A stretch of 64,000 bases of DNA from Camelus ferus (lineage: Eukaryota). The notes below the pieces were generated by a model. It worked only from the letters and a program-made list of their open reading frames with translations. It had not been told where the DNA came from and made no database searches. Positions 1 to 13,688 of the stretch are shown here, piece by piece. How positions within the stretch are numbered: position 1 is the first letter of the stretch; each line of letters begins with the position of its first letter. The stretch is taken from NCBI RefSeq assembly GCF_009834535.1, contig NC_045696.1, positions 65,784,001-65,848,000 of the forward strand. The letters run 5' to 3'. The position numbers and the translations under genes are program-made.

Positions 1-189
1 CCTTCGTCTTTTTTGCTCTTTACTATGCCATCAGACTGCTAATTTTTCCTCCTGCCTTCAATCTCTACCTACTTCTATTCCCCTGCCATGCTCCTTTCTG
101 ATGACCTGTTTCAAAGTATTGATCATGCCACTTTCCTTCTTAAAATTTTCAGAGCACTTCACCTACTGTAAGATTGTTTGTGATCCTTA

Positions 190-2510
190 TTCCTTATACT
201 GACAACTCATCAACTAACCCTAATTTCTTTACCTCCTCATAAGTGATCTTGTCTTTCATCCTACTTTGACTATTCACTTTGATGGAAACAACTAGATTGT
301 ATTAAATACAAGTAATTGTAATCTTCACACCCCCAGGCTCTAAATCCATCTCTATTGCATCTAAACTCCAATACTCCAGGAACTATGCTTTTTAGACCTT
401 ATCTTTCTGCTGTACTTGTATCCCCATGTCCGCGTATAGCTTAGGATCCATCCATGCATCATACTGCCCCTCACATCATCCTAATTTTACAAAATTAAAG
501 TTGATTGAATTCAACACTGACCCTGCAATCATAATAGAGCAAAACATACATGCTTTACTTAATATCACTTTTAAATGCATGTCCGCTAATCTCAAACAGG
601 CATTGTATCCTGACCTCTAGTCCATTTAGGGAAATGTACTTTTCCCCTCCTACTTCTTTAGGGGATTCCTTTAACTCTTCTCTCTCCTCTAACCCCTATA
701 ACCACCTCCTTCCTGGCCTCACTCTCAGCTGATGGAACTGCCTTCTATTTCATTGAGCAGAACAAAGCAATTAGAAAAGGAAATTTCTTCAAACTTTTGC
801 CACCCCATCTACTTACCTGTAAACATTAGTACCAATACACTCTGCCAGACATGAGTATGGATAAGCGATCGGCGCCCTAGAAAATAGCCCTCCTGACTTC
901 TCAGATATATCACGTCTGTGCTTCTCCTTCTCTGTCTCATTAATTCCTCTCTTGCTCAGCTGGCCCACTCCAGCAGCATTCAGTTAAACGAACCTCTCTC
1001 CCATCTCAGGCAAACATTATTTTGACTGTATCTCTTCCACCAGCTACTGTCCCATTTCGTCGCCACCAAAATTTTGCAACAGAACTTCTCAGAGGAGTTA
1101 ACTTTCATGAATTCTTCTCTGTCTTTTCTCTCTTAATCCTACTCTGGTAAGGTTTTAATTATTACCAGTCCACCCTTAGTGCTCTTGTCAAGGTCACTGA
1201 TTGCTTCCCCAATACCAGATCCAGTGGTCACTTTTCAGTTCTCAAAATACTGTAAAGTATTTGTCACTGTTGATCACTCTCTTTTTGCTTCATTAAGTTA
1301 TTGGAACACAGATTCCTTTAGACTGTCCTATTAGCTGTTTCCCCATTAGCACTTCTCTCTTTTGCTGGTTCTCTCTCCTCTCCCTGGCCTCTAAATCTGT
1401 AGTACTTCAGGACTCACTCTTAAGCCTTCTTTTTTTTGATATAGATTTACCTCATAGTTCATGTAATCCAGTCACAATGTGTTAAATAGCATAAATCTCT
1501 TGATGACTCTTAAATTTTTATTTCTAGCCCAGTCATTTTCCCTGAACTCTAAAACCATACATTCAGCTGCCTATCAAAATCTCCACTTAGTTGCAAACAG
1601 GCTTCTTAGACTATGTCTACAACTGACTTGTAGGTTGCCTAACAAGTCCCTGTTCTTCTGGAGTTTTCCTCATCTTAATGAATACCAACTCTATTCTTCC
1701 AGTTGCTTGGGCTAAAAAAGCTTGGCATTTGTCTGACTCCTCTCTTATCAATATTTGCCCCATTATCAAGTTTTGTCAGTTCAAAGTGTTTCCATGATTT
1801 GACCATTCTTATCACTTCCTCCATGAAGACCCAGCTCCAGGCCACTGTCATCTCTCACCTGGATAACTTCATAGCCTACTGCTCAGTTCCATCCTCTTTG
1901 GCTCTTTTCAACATGGCAGTCATAGTGTCCCTTGACAGTGGAAAGTCAGAGCATTCTACCATGCTGTTCATTGTCCTCCAGTGGCCTCCCAACTTGACGC
2001 CACCTACAAGGTGCTTCATGTCTATATCCCCTGGTTCCCAAAGCACTTCTGCAACCTCGTTTCCTATCACTTTCCAGCTCACCACCAATATTGCAATTAT
2101 ACCTGTGTCTACACTTTTTCTTGAACATTCCACACGTGTTCCACCTTCAGGGCATTTCCACCTATTGCTTCTGCTTTGATAACTCTTTCCCACATGTTTG
2201 CATAAAGTCAGTCTCTCATGTCCTTCAGGTCTCAGCTATAATGTCACTCATTAAAGAAGCCTTCCTTGATCAACCTTTGTAAAAGTTTAACTGCCTACTA
2301 ACAGCCTTCCCTTACACTCTGCTTTATTTTCCTCTATAGCATTTGCTCTAGCACCTTGTACTCTGTATTTACTTGGTTATTTTTTGTCTCCCCCTACTGG
2401 ACTGCTCCGTAAGAGCAAGGACTTTATCTCACTGCTGTTCACTAGTAACTAGTATGTTATCTCCTATACAGTACTTGCTCAATAAATACTCACTGAATAA
2501 ATAAGTGAAT
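190..2510 (+). mobile_element. L2 LINE remnant (fragmented)
   Basis: Pyrimidine-rich L2-like body (e.g. ttccctgaactctaaaaccatacattcagctgcctatcaaaatctccacttag at ~1540) ending in the typical L2 tail gctcaataaatactcactgaataaataagtgaat at ~2477-2510. Boundaries approximate. Confidence 0.7.
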
Positions 2511-5500
2511 CACATATATGACCAGTATCAATAACACATAGCTAAGTGCTGTTGCCTGCATGCCATAAAAGGTCTTGTATTTTTCTTTCTTGTCTTAATC
2601 CGTTTTCCAGAACCTCCCCATGCCCCCATTTCCACACACTCAATTCATATCTGTATGTCAAGGCTCAATTTACATGCTATATTATAAGCAAAGATCTTAC
2701 CAACTGGAAGTTATATCAGTCCTTAGGATAGCCAAAATACTTTGTAAATATAATATGGCATACTTGAGACTTTCAGCACTTTTTCTTCTATCATTCTATA
2801 AATATTTAGAGAATAAGTACCAAGTCTCTCCTCTTGTCTACTTTCTGTACAGGTTCCAGACTCTAGCACATAGGAGTTCCTCAATAATTGCTTTTTGAAT
2901 CAAAGTTTCATTTTACTAGTGTACACAAAAGTATACAGAAATTCTTACCATGGCTTCAAGTCAAGACTTTAAGAAATAAAATCCAAATTGCTTGTATATA
3001 CTACACAAACTTAAAAGATCTTTCTTACATGGTCTTGCCAAACCCTACAATTTCACTTTGAAGTATCCCCTCCATCAGTCACCATGCTTTTGTTATACTA
3101 GCCTTTTTTTCCTGATATCTTCCAAGCTGTGTTCCACCTTAGGACCTTTGCCCTTACTGCTTCTGTGCTTAGATTTTCATGCATTTTATCTCCTTTCCTC
3201 TCCAACCTCCTACCTCCCTCTTCCCATAACCCATGGCTCATAAAACTACAGCATGTCTTGCAGGAAGGGCATGGACCGTCTGCCTTTTTCACTGCTGTGT
3301 CCCCCGTGCCTAAAATTGTGGCACCTTATAGGAACTAAGTAACCATTTGTTGTTTTTTTTTTTTAAAAATCCATCTCTCTGCTTCACTTTTCAAATAACT
3401 ACTATAGTACCTTCATTAATGGCAATGTTCCCACATGTATTAATTGAGCAGGATTTCTTGGTTGTGCTCCTGTCATCCCAGGAACTCATATTTATGTAAA
3501 GAAGGGAAGCACATCTCGAGTATGTCTTTTCAGTGATACACTAAAGGCAAGAGGAATCCTGAAATGAACCTGTAATTGATTCATAAAGTCACCTCTAGCT
3601 GTCCACATCTGTGAAAGACAAAACTTAGATCCTAAAGTAAGCACTTACCTTTCTACTTAAGGAACCATTTTGTGCTGATGAAGTCATACAGCATCAATAG
3701 TTTCTGAGAACAGATAGTCTGAAAATTATTCCCCAAATTTCAAAAGGAGAACTAATCCAGGATGGGAATTATACACAATAATATTCCAAATCACTAATAC
3801 TTAAGAACTATGGTATCTTGGGCAAATGTGGCTTCCCATGCTTTTGTGTGCATAGATGAGACCAAGAAAAAAGTCTGTATAAACATATAGAACTGACACC
3901 ATGGAAACAGATTCATGTTGAAGGGTTTTATACTTAGCTGTCTTAATGTTTTTCCATTGTGGTTGACATTTGCTGTAGACAAATGGAAAGATCTTGTTTT
4001 CACATGCAGCTTTCTGGGATTCTCCCAAGCAGGCATAATGTCTCTTTTTCCTTTTAAATCCAAAGCTGTCTCTTTGTCTTTCTTTTTACAGTATATCACA
4101 TTCTACCCTGTATTCTAATTATGTCTCATTATTCAAAAGAATGAAATTTGTACTAACCTCTGTATTTCCCCATCATTTTGCATTACCTTCTATAATCTGA
4201 AATACAATGGAAGGCATGCAGTAAATGTTTATGGAATATACAAATGTAATATCTGCATACACACTTTCTTTTGACTCTTTGAGGGTCAAAATTTCGAAAG
4301 GAACAAATTGACAATGATTGTATTTTTTCATTAAACTTGCTTCTAGAAAGAGAAACTTACATAGAATCATGTAGAACATAGCTTTCCAGATTCCTAGGAA
4401 GCTGAAATGTCTAACTCTGTTTGTAAGCTTTTAAAAAGTATCACGGGGTACTTAGAATTAATTTATGAACCAATAGAGGAAAAGTCATCAGTATGTATAC
4501 AGCTTCCTAAACTTTAGTACAATGCTAAGCAAGATGATTATAATGCATTTAGATGTGGAAAAGTGGAATTTAGACACCCAGAGCTGCATTACAGTCAGGC
4601 AAAAATGATCCTGATCCTGACTTAGGAATTGGAAATTTTAAGTTTGTTCAGGAATGGCAGTTGCCTGTCTTATGTAAAGAGGAGGATGAATAAAGAAAAG
4701 TAGTGCAGGGCACTTTGAGAAAGAAGCTGCAGACTAATATAGGTGCCAGACTATTTGAATGAGGGTTTGAGCTTCACTTCTTCACTTGGCAGGCAGCTTT
4801 TTCTGTGCAGGGCAGTGATGTGATCAAAGAATGTACAGGAAGTACATGCTTGATAAATTGACTAGGAACAACTGAGGACAAACCTTTTCAGGAGCTTTTT
4901 TTGGACATTCTGGGTAATTTTTTTTTCCTACGGGAAAGTATACAAACTAAAATTTTCTTGCCTCTTGATGCCTAAAGGCAAAAAGAACAGTAACCAACGT
5001 ATCATATATATGTGATTTTTCTTTTTAGATATTCATGTATATATATTTATTTTTTGTTAGAAATATTGCTGACTGCTTAAATTTATAGACTTAGGCATTT
5101 GACAGTGTGTGAGATTTAGAGCCCAGGTATAAATATCACAATGTTCTTGTTTTATTAAATTGTGTAACTCAGAGCCCTGGTCACAAAAATCGATGTTCAA
5201 TTTCATAGATTTTGTTTTAGAAATTTCCATTATAAAGGTGCTAATGGCAATTGATCTAGAATAAATCTTAACTTAACATTATGTGGCTATGTCAGATGTC
5301 ATGTCCACCCTCATGATAAAGGATTTTCATATGCTTTTTGAAGAATCTACTGTCAAAAGAAAACAGGCAGCAGGCAAGAAGATTCAGTGAAGGATTCAAT
5401 AACAGGATAGTAATATTTAAATATTGTCTGGAAGGATGAACACATTAAGACAGTCGATTTTAGTTATTTTATAGCACAAAGCACAGATCCAGGCACACAG

Positions 5501-5779
5501 AGTCTTTCTTACTAAACTCTTACTGAATCGCCAGTACATTCTGATCCCTTGTTGGTTATGAAGTACAATAGATCTCTTGCCAAGAGGAATATTTAAGGTA
5601 GTAGGAGACATGTCACAGGTTTCTGATTAGGTTTAGTAGCTTAAATTATTTTTTCCCCACCAATGCTTGTATCAACCATTATTAGCTTTTTTTTTTCTTT
5701 TTAAAAAATTAATTTATTAATTAATTTGTCTGGGAAGGTTATACCATAAAAATTGGTCTTAGTTCTCTGATCCTGACTT

Positions 5780-6845
5780 AGAAAACTTTTAAAGCATATT
5801 TAATGGTGGTAAATAGGTATAATATAAAATTAACCATTCTTAAATGTACATTTTGTGGCATTAAATACATTCATAATATTGGGCAACCATCACCACCATC
5901 CCTCTCCAGAACTTTGTTGTCTTCCCAAACTGAAACTCTGTCCCCATTAAACGCTAACTCCCCAGTGCCTCCTTCCCCAGCCCCTGGCAACCACCATTCT
6001 ACTTTCTGTTTCTGGGAAGCTGACTACTCTGGGCACCTCATATAAGCGGAATCAGACAGTATTTGTCTTTCTGCGACTAGTTATTTCACTTGGCATAATA
6101 TCTTCAAGGTTCATCTACGTTATAGCATGTGCCAGAATTTCCACCCTTTTTATAAGGCTGAATAATATTCCATTGTATGCATATATAACACATTGCATTT
6201 ATCCATCGCATTGCTTCCACATTTTAGCTATTGTGAACAGTGCTACTATGCATGAGTGAACGAATATCTGTGGCATTCTTATTTTCAATTCTTTTGAGTG
6301 TATATCCAGAAGTAGACTTTCTGGCTGAGATGGAAATTCAGTGTTTAATTTTTTGAGGAACTGCCGCACTGTTTCCTACAGTAGCTGTGTGTATTTACTT
6401 TCTCACCGGCAATGGATGAGGATTCCAATTTCTCCACATCTTGACCAACACTTTACGTTCTGCTTTTGTTTGTTTACTTTTGTAACAGCCATCCTAATGG
6501 CTGGGAAACTGTGTCTCGCTGTGGCTTTGACTCGTATTTCCCCAGTGACTAGTGATGCTGGGCATTTTTTGGCATGCTTATCGGCCATTTGTAATCTTTG
6601 GACAAATGTCTATTCAAGTTCTGTACTCATTTTTAAAATCGAGATGTCTTATTTTTGTTGCTAAGTTGTAGGAGTTTTAAAAATACATATTCTGGATATT
6701 GAACCCATATCAGTTATGTGATTTGTAACTATTTCCCCCCATTTTTGGGTTGCCTCTTCACTCTGTTGTTACTGCCCTTTGATACAGTAAAGGTTTTTAT
6801 TTTGATGCAGCTGAATAGATCTATTTTTTTCTTTTGTTGCCTGTG
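5780..6845 (-). mobile_element. 5'-truncated L1 (L1M-type ORF2 end + 3' UTR)
   Basis: Antisense L1 3' motifs (ggctgaataatattccattgtatg, tttttgaggaactgccgcactgtttcc). Flanked by probable TSD tgatcctgactt (5768-5779) / tgatcctggctt (6846-6857). Confidence 0.85.
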
Positions 6846-7639
6846 TGATCCTGGCTTTTTTTCTTCTTTTGTTTTATGATTTATTTCTTTATAAATGTTT
6901 CACTGAAGTAATATGACAACAAGTATGTAAAGTGTTAGATAATGTAAAGGGAGAGTGGTTACTGTAAATGGACTAGTGATATTTTATCTAAAGGATGTTG
7001 GGGTGGGCCTAGGCTTTTAAGTGACTGGATCCTGCAGAATGGGCCAGACAGAATGAGAGCATTTAATGAGGTGACTGTAATCTAGATGCGGTCCTCTGCT
7101 CTGCTGTTTCAAAATTCACACACAAGGAACTGGAATCTGGAAGGCTGAATCAGACTGAACCAGCTTCCTCAGGAATGGCTGATAAATTAGATGCCAATTA
7201 ATTATGAACAATGAGGGAAAAATGCCTTCAGTGCCTGGACAAACACTCATCTATTACCCAAGAAATAACCTTCTCACTTTCAACGAATGTGGAATAGAAT
7301 CAATAGCCAGAATTTTGCTTTGTGAGCACAAATTCAGGCCACGGAGAACTGCATATGCTCATAGACTGTTTCACTTAGACTATGGAGAAACTTGATGAAT
7401 TACTTTTACCCCATGGTAGACATTGGACAAATAGCTTTTTCTCACTTAGATCATTCTTTCGAATGAGAATCTTGCCTGTATACCACTTGTACACTTTGTG
7501 AGCTGTGCTCTAATCTGAAGGAAGTTCAGTGTAGTGTTTTTGTAGGATATTATTTCTACTGTACACATAAAAATGTAAATAAAATCAATTGCATCATTTT
7601 TATGTGTGTATTATAAAATTATCAGTTTAATGTTAATCA

Positions 7640-7870
7640 TGACTAATATGTGTCGAGCACTTACTACATACCAGAGGCTCTTCTATTTGTGCTGTATAAT
7701 AAATTCACTTAACTTTCATACAACTCTATGAGGTAAGTACTAGTTTTGTCCCCATTTTCATCTAGGAAATTGATTCCCAGGTAAGTGAAGTAAATTGCCC
7801 AAAGTTGTGCTGTTTGATGTGTGGATTCTGGGAAGCTGTGCTCTAAAGAACACATTCATGCGTTGTTTTG
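7640..7870 (-). mobile_element. MIR SINE
   Basis: gagcacttactacataccagagg...caactctatgaggtaagtactagttttgtccccattttca...gtgaagtaaattgcccaaagt: MIR core in antisense. Confidence 0.65.
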
Positions 7871-10016
7871 TCATGCTGCCTTTCAAGATGCTGCAGAGAA
7901 TTTAGGATGCATCTTTTCCAATCTATCGTTTCCTTTTTGAGGAAACAAGTCCAGGATGTGCAGTGACTTTCCTAAGGTCATGTAGCTAATGATTGCATTT
8001 TTGAAATGTCTTTTTTTCTTTTTTCCTTCCTTATACCACATAAACCACTGCCCCTGGATTTGGGAAAGCTAGTTCATGTCCTGTTTCTATCATTTCTTTA
8101 ATGATAGTTTTTAGGTTAAGCCACAGAACATTGTTTTTCCATATATATATTAACTAAGCAAATTAATTCTGCATCAATATATTATTATGGAGCAAAATCC
8201 ACTTCATACAGGGTCATTTTGATGCCAGTGAATTTTGTGAGGGCAAATATCCACTAGGTCTAAGAGTATAACTGCAATTCAAGGTAATTTGAAATTTTAA
8301 AATATCTTAGAAATAATTCACTGCCTTATTTTTCTTGTTAGCATTATGTTAACAACTATAATTTTAATTTAATATAATTTGAATGCCATTATGCTTATGC
8401 CCTGAATCAGAAACACAAAGAGATACATGTCACAATACTTGCCATCAAGAAAATCATAGTCTAGTTCAGGAAAATGTACACTTTAAATAAAGAAGGCAAA
8501 ATGACTGTGGATAAGAATGATTGGAGTGGCACTGATAGTGTTCTGGTTCAAGCACTTGAAAATAATGATTAGGTCATACACATACACCAAATGTTCATTT
8601 GTGTCACTAAGATTTCAAGAAAGACGCCAATAGCACTGTAGGAAAAGAAAGTCTTCAATGACGTTTCTGAGAGCAAACAATTTAAAACTGGTGAAAAATG
8701 TGGATGTTTGGGCTTCCTCTTGCCTTCTTTTGTTAGAGCTGCCGATTTTTATTATATGAGATGTTACGCTAATGGACATGGAGGAACTGAACTTCAGTGT
8801 AGAAGAATATCAATATTTACTTCATCAACATTAATGCTTAATTAAAAATAAAAGTTAATACTATAATCAAAAACGTATTTTAACTTACGTTGATTGGTAT
8901 AGCTTGTTAATACTCACTGATGAATTTGTTCTTAACTCAGGAATTCCATTTCCAGGAACTTATCACATAAATACATTCACACACGAAAACATTTATAAAA
9001 ACGTTCATTGTAGCAATGTTGTATTAGGAAAAAAAAACTGGAAGTAGCACAAGTCCGTTTCAATAGAAACTCATTGATTTAAGTATGTCATTGTTCATCT
9101 GTCTATGAGATGTCCTATCATCATGGACTGGGTTGGCCTTCAACACTGTGATCAATTTTTATGTGCTGAATTGGAAAAATGTTCAACACAGATTTTAAAT
9201 GAATAAAACATGTTTTAAAATTGCATGGTTAACCTCCTTTTCTGTATATTTATATATTTTTCATACGTATGAATAGACAAAGTGGGAGCAAGCAAGAACA
9301 TCTCAAATAAAACAATGACCTCAAAGAAATGAGGTAACAGGTCCAACCAGCGACACTGTTACTTTTCACTTTAGCACTTTTCGAACTGTTGTAAAATGTG
9401 TAATAGGTACAGCTCTTTGAAAAATCAGAATTAAAATGACAAACGACTGCTTTAATCTGTTTGCTATATTATTAATTCCCTCCTTTTGTACATTAACCTC
9501 AGGCTAGGAGAGGACAAGCTATTCAAATTGTTGAACAGAAGTCCTGCAAGTGATATTCCAGCAGCTGCAGCAGTGATCCCTGAAGACAAGGTGGTTTAGG
9601 AGTAAATGCCTGACCATTGAGATTTACTTTTATCGGTAGTATCTGATTTTGGCTCTGCCACCATCGGTGATCCTTCAGAGTTGTGCCAAAGATTTGCCTT
9701 TTTTCACATAGCTTCCTAGAGGTTATTGCTATAGAAGGAAATGTGCTTAATTTTCCCTGTAAGGTAATGCTTTAAAAAACCAAAGCAATCCTTTATACAT
9801 CACCAAATCTCACCCTTTTGTGAGGACATTGTTTTGGCAAATGAAGTGATACGAACTTGCCTTATAAACTCATAAAAAATGCTATAACCATGACTGCCAC
9901 ACTGCTCAAAAATGTTGTTATAATAATAATAATTATTATGAATAATTGTTCATTATTATGAATTATTCAGTTAGGAAAACTGAGCTTCTGCGAAGGAAAA
10001 ACCTCAAACCTGGACT

Positions 10017-10148
10017 ACTACCCAGCTACAAAAAAGAATGAAATGATGCTATTTGCAGCAACATGGATGGGCCTAGAGATGATCATACTAAATGAAATAA
10101 GTCAGACAGAGAAAGACAAATATCATACGATATCGCTTATATGTGGAG
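10017..10148 (+). mobile_element. L1 3' fragment
   Basis: aaaaagaatgaaatgatgctatttgcagcaacatggatgggcctagagatgatcatactaaatgaaataagtcagacagagaaagacaaatatc: canonical L1 ORF2-end motif. Confidence 0.85.
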
Positions 10149-11483
10149 TAACTATTATTCTGGCTTCTAGCATTATAGATTAGTTTTGTTTGTCCTTGAA
10201 CCTTCTGTAAATGAAATCATACAGTGTGTCCTGTGCACGTCTGGCTTCCTTCACTCACTGTGATAGGCAGAATAATGAACCTCCAAAGGTATCCTCAATC
10301 ACTTCAGCTGAAGTCAAGGACACACTTCTTACCACCTTTTCTAGTTGAAGTTAAGGTGCTTGTAACAGTTTGGAAAAGCTATATCAGGGCATTTTCCTTC
10401 ATGAGGAAGATACCAGTGTTGAATCTTAAAGAAAAAAAGGTCATTAATGTATCTCTTTCTACTATATCTCTGGAGGTTTATATTGTTTCTTCCACAAGTG
10501 CCTGGATTATTATTTTACTTCTATTGCCACAGAGTTGGTATACCCCTTAGCTGTATCTAAAACATTTCTTTCAGCAATCCCCGACTCAAGCCAGATCATT
10601 ATCCAGAAGATTCAAATGTGAAAGGGAAAAAGACATTTTCATAAAACTCAGCAGAGATTCATTAATTACACAGCAAAGCGGTTCAATTATACATATACAT
10701 ATATCTGTTTTTTCAGATTCTTTTCCATTATGTATTATTACAAGAAGTTGAATATAGTTCCCTCTTCTATACAGTGGGTCCTTGTTGTTTATCTGGAATA
10801 GCTATTTTGCAGATGCACTCTTGTATTCTCATCCTGCAGTCCAGAAGCAAATCCAGTATTCACAACTGGGTGCTACTCTCCTGTGACAAAACTATGAACA
10901 GATTTATTCATTCACTGAAACTTGAATCCTGTGAGTACGGCTTTGTATTCTTTCTCTTACCAACTCAGATGTATAATTCTACTTAAGAAGTAATCACAAC
11001 AAGTAGTCACAGTGCTTTAGACTTTTCTTGCAGGTTGGAGCAGCCCATCTGGTTTCTGATTTAATACAGTAAACATGGCTTGTGCCCCTGACATACATAC
11101 ATACCTGTAGTAGGTGAAATTGATTGCCTCAGTCTATTTCTGGCATCAGAGTGTAGAAGAAACATTGGCTGAAGTCCACAATTATCCCTGCAAGTTTTTT
11201 GTTTAGGGCAAACACGAATTTGTTTCTATTTTCAATTTTATTTTTAGTGTATTTTATGAGGCATTGTGATACTTGGAGAGAAGGGAGCAATGGAAAGTAT
11301 TACCGGGCAGTGTGCCATTAGAATTAAAATGCCTGCCTCTGGATTCTTGTAGCTGCTGATCCCTCTACAAGAAATGCATGGTAAACCAACACTTGGTCTT
11401 CAACACTCAGACCAAATGAAGACTTTCTCCTTTCCTTTTCACAGGAACATTGAATAAGCCTTTACCTTAAGTCTTCAGCGTGT

Positions 11484-11967
11484 TTTGTTTTTAATTTAAA
11501 TACAGTCAGCTACAATGTTGTATCAATTTCTGGTGTACAGCATAATGTCCCAGTTATGCACAGGAACACATATATTTGTTTTCATATTCTTTTTCATTAA
11601 AGGTTATTATGAACTTATTTATAAAACAGAAAAAGAGTCACAGACAGAAAACAAACTTATGGTTACTGGGGTTGGGGGAAAGGGGATGGGAAGGGATAAA
11701 CTGGGAGTTCGAGATTTGCAGATATGGATTGGTATATAAAAAATAGATAAACAAGTTTATACTGTGTAGCACAGGGAACTATATTCGATATCTTGTAGTA
11801 GCTTATGGTGAAAAAGAATATGAAAACGAATATATATATATATTCATGTGTGACTGAAGCATTGTGCTGTACACCAGAAACTGACACAACATTGTAAACT
11901 GACTATACTTCAATAAAAAATTAAAAAAACTAAAAAAACAAGATATTGGATATAGTTCCCTGTGCTA
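11484..11967 (-). mobile_element. Short L1 3' tail (antisense), interrupted by a second L1 tail
   Basis: 11501-11609 and 11939-11967 are contiguous pieces of an antisense L1 3' end (...aaaggttatta | caagatattggatatagttccctgtgcta). Confidence 0.75.
11610..11938 (+). mobile_element. L1 3' tail with A-rich end, nested in antisense L1 tail
   Basis: gaacttatttataaaacagaa...agcacagggaactatattcgatatcttgtag...gtaaactgactatacttcaataaaaaattaaaaaaactaaaaaaa. Confidence 0.85.
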
Positions 11968-13559
11968 CTCACTGCATTTTAAGCATATCTTTTTTTTTTT
12001 TTTGTAGCTCTTATAATACTGTATTGCCATGTTCTCGTGCATCTTTTCCCTATGAATTCTGGGCTCCTTGAGAGGAGGTATCATATCATGTTCAAATCTC
12101 AATCATCAGTACATAGCAATGTGCCTTCTAAATTAAGTACTCAATGAGTCATTAGAATTAATTAACGAATTAATCAATTAAACACCTCAATTTAATTTCC
12201 AGGACTGTATAATCTGACTTTTTTTCCTGCTGTTTTTTAGCAGGAACCCACTGCACCAGCTGAGGTTATTGCCTCATGTTTCCCAGGCATGCTGTGACAT
12301 GCTTATTCTTTTCTTTGGGCTTTTCTCTTACTTGGAATATCATCTCCCTGCTTTGAAAATTGGTGGTGTATATGTGGTATATTTAGCAACTCTCTATTTA
12401 CAGCAGTATTTTTAAATCATGAAATGCAATGGCCAATGTATATATTTTTAAAAGACATATAAATGAAAAGCCTCAGAGAAATTGTAGGGAAAGTAGGGGA
12501 AGTGATTCAAACCTAGGTGACATTAAACACAAGTTCAAGTTTCATTCTGACTGCATCGGTCTGAATTTCACTGAACCGTCTAATACGTGCCAGGGTTTTA
12601 ATGGACAACAGAGAAATATAATGTCTGATGTGCATCACGGTGCAGTTTGCTTTCCAGAGGTTAGAGGGCTAAGGAGCTTATTTGGACCTTGCTGTTGCAA
12701 AACCACACAAATATTATGCTGACGTTAGAGCCTACAATTTGACTAAAATGTGTATTTAAAAAACCATGTGTATGTTCCATTCAAACATGACATTAGATAA
12801 AACAGGTAGCACCAGAGCAACTTCGCATGTGTTTAAAGAGGATACCAACGTAGTATCTGCATTCATCCCACCCGGTTTTCAATTCACATTTTTACAGTGT
12901 AGCAAGATACAACCAAAAGTGGAGTTTTCAAAGCTGAATCTGTTACTGGCATGTATTTTTGGGAGTGACAGTTTTCACATAAAAGAGGAATGTTCTCTTT
13001 TTAAAAAAAAAAATCCATCTGGTAGGAAATTCCAAGAGATTGATCAAATTTATTTTGCTTTTTAAAATTTTAGCTGCCAAATTTATGAAAGCCATGCAAG
13101 AAATGAGATAATTTCTTTTAATTTAAGCTTGGTAAGATATATCTCAAAACACAGGAAAATATGTAAATTAGATGTTTAGTTAAATGTATATTAACTACAG
13201 ATGCTTAATAAATATTTATTAGTTTACTATTAACTAATCTGACTAAAAAAGTGTCTATGGATATATATAGCATAGAAGTTTAAGCCTATAGATTTTGAGT
13301 ATGTCTGCCTGGATTTAAATCCCAGATTTGCCACTCTTGGCCAAGTTATTTAAGTACTCTCTACTTAAGATACCTCTTGCATAAAATCAATATCTACCAC
13401 ACAGTATATTTTTAAGTGAATATAGTATAGAATATATAAGCGAATTTCACTTACACGTATATTTTTTCTAATCCTGTATATGTACATAAAAATGCATATA
13501 TCTATATAAATATTTAGTATTGTTAGAAATTGAAATTAGTTTACTTACATACATATATG

Positions 13560-13688
13560 TCTATTTGCTTTTTAATAATGACCATTCTGACTGGTATTGA
13601 GGTGATACCTCACAGTAGTTTTGATTTGCATTTCTCTGATTATTAATGATGTTGCGCATCTTTTCATGTGCCTATTGGCCATTGGTAT
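13560..13688 (-). mobile_element. L1 ORF2 fragment
   Basis: gaccattctgactggtattgaggtgatacctcacagtagttttgatttgcatttctctgat...catcttttcatgtgcctattggccatt: canonical antisense L1 motif. Confidence 0.85.

Noticed and set aside
1703..2179. 158-aa ORF and other 60-115 aa ORFs outside the provirus
   Set aside because: They lie in L2/L1/LTR remnants or AT-rich DNA, often with non-ATG starts; expected by chance.
3534..3642. Possible exon between ttttcag| and |gtaagc
   Set aside because: Short splice-like motifs are common by chance and there is no open, recognisable coding frame or partner exon.
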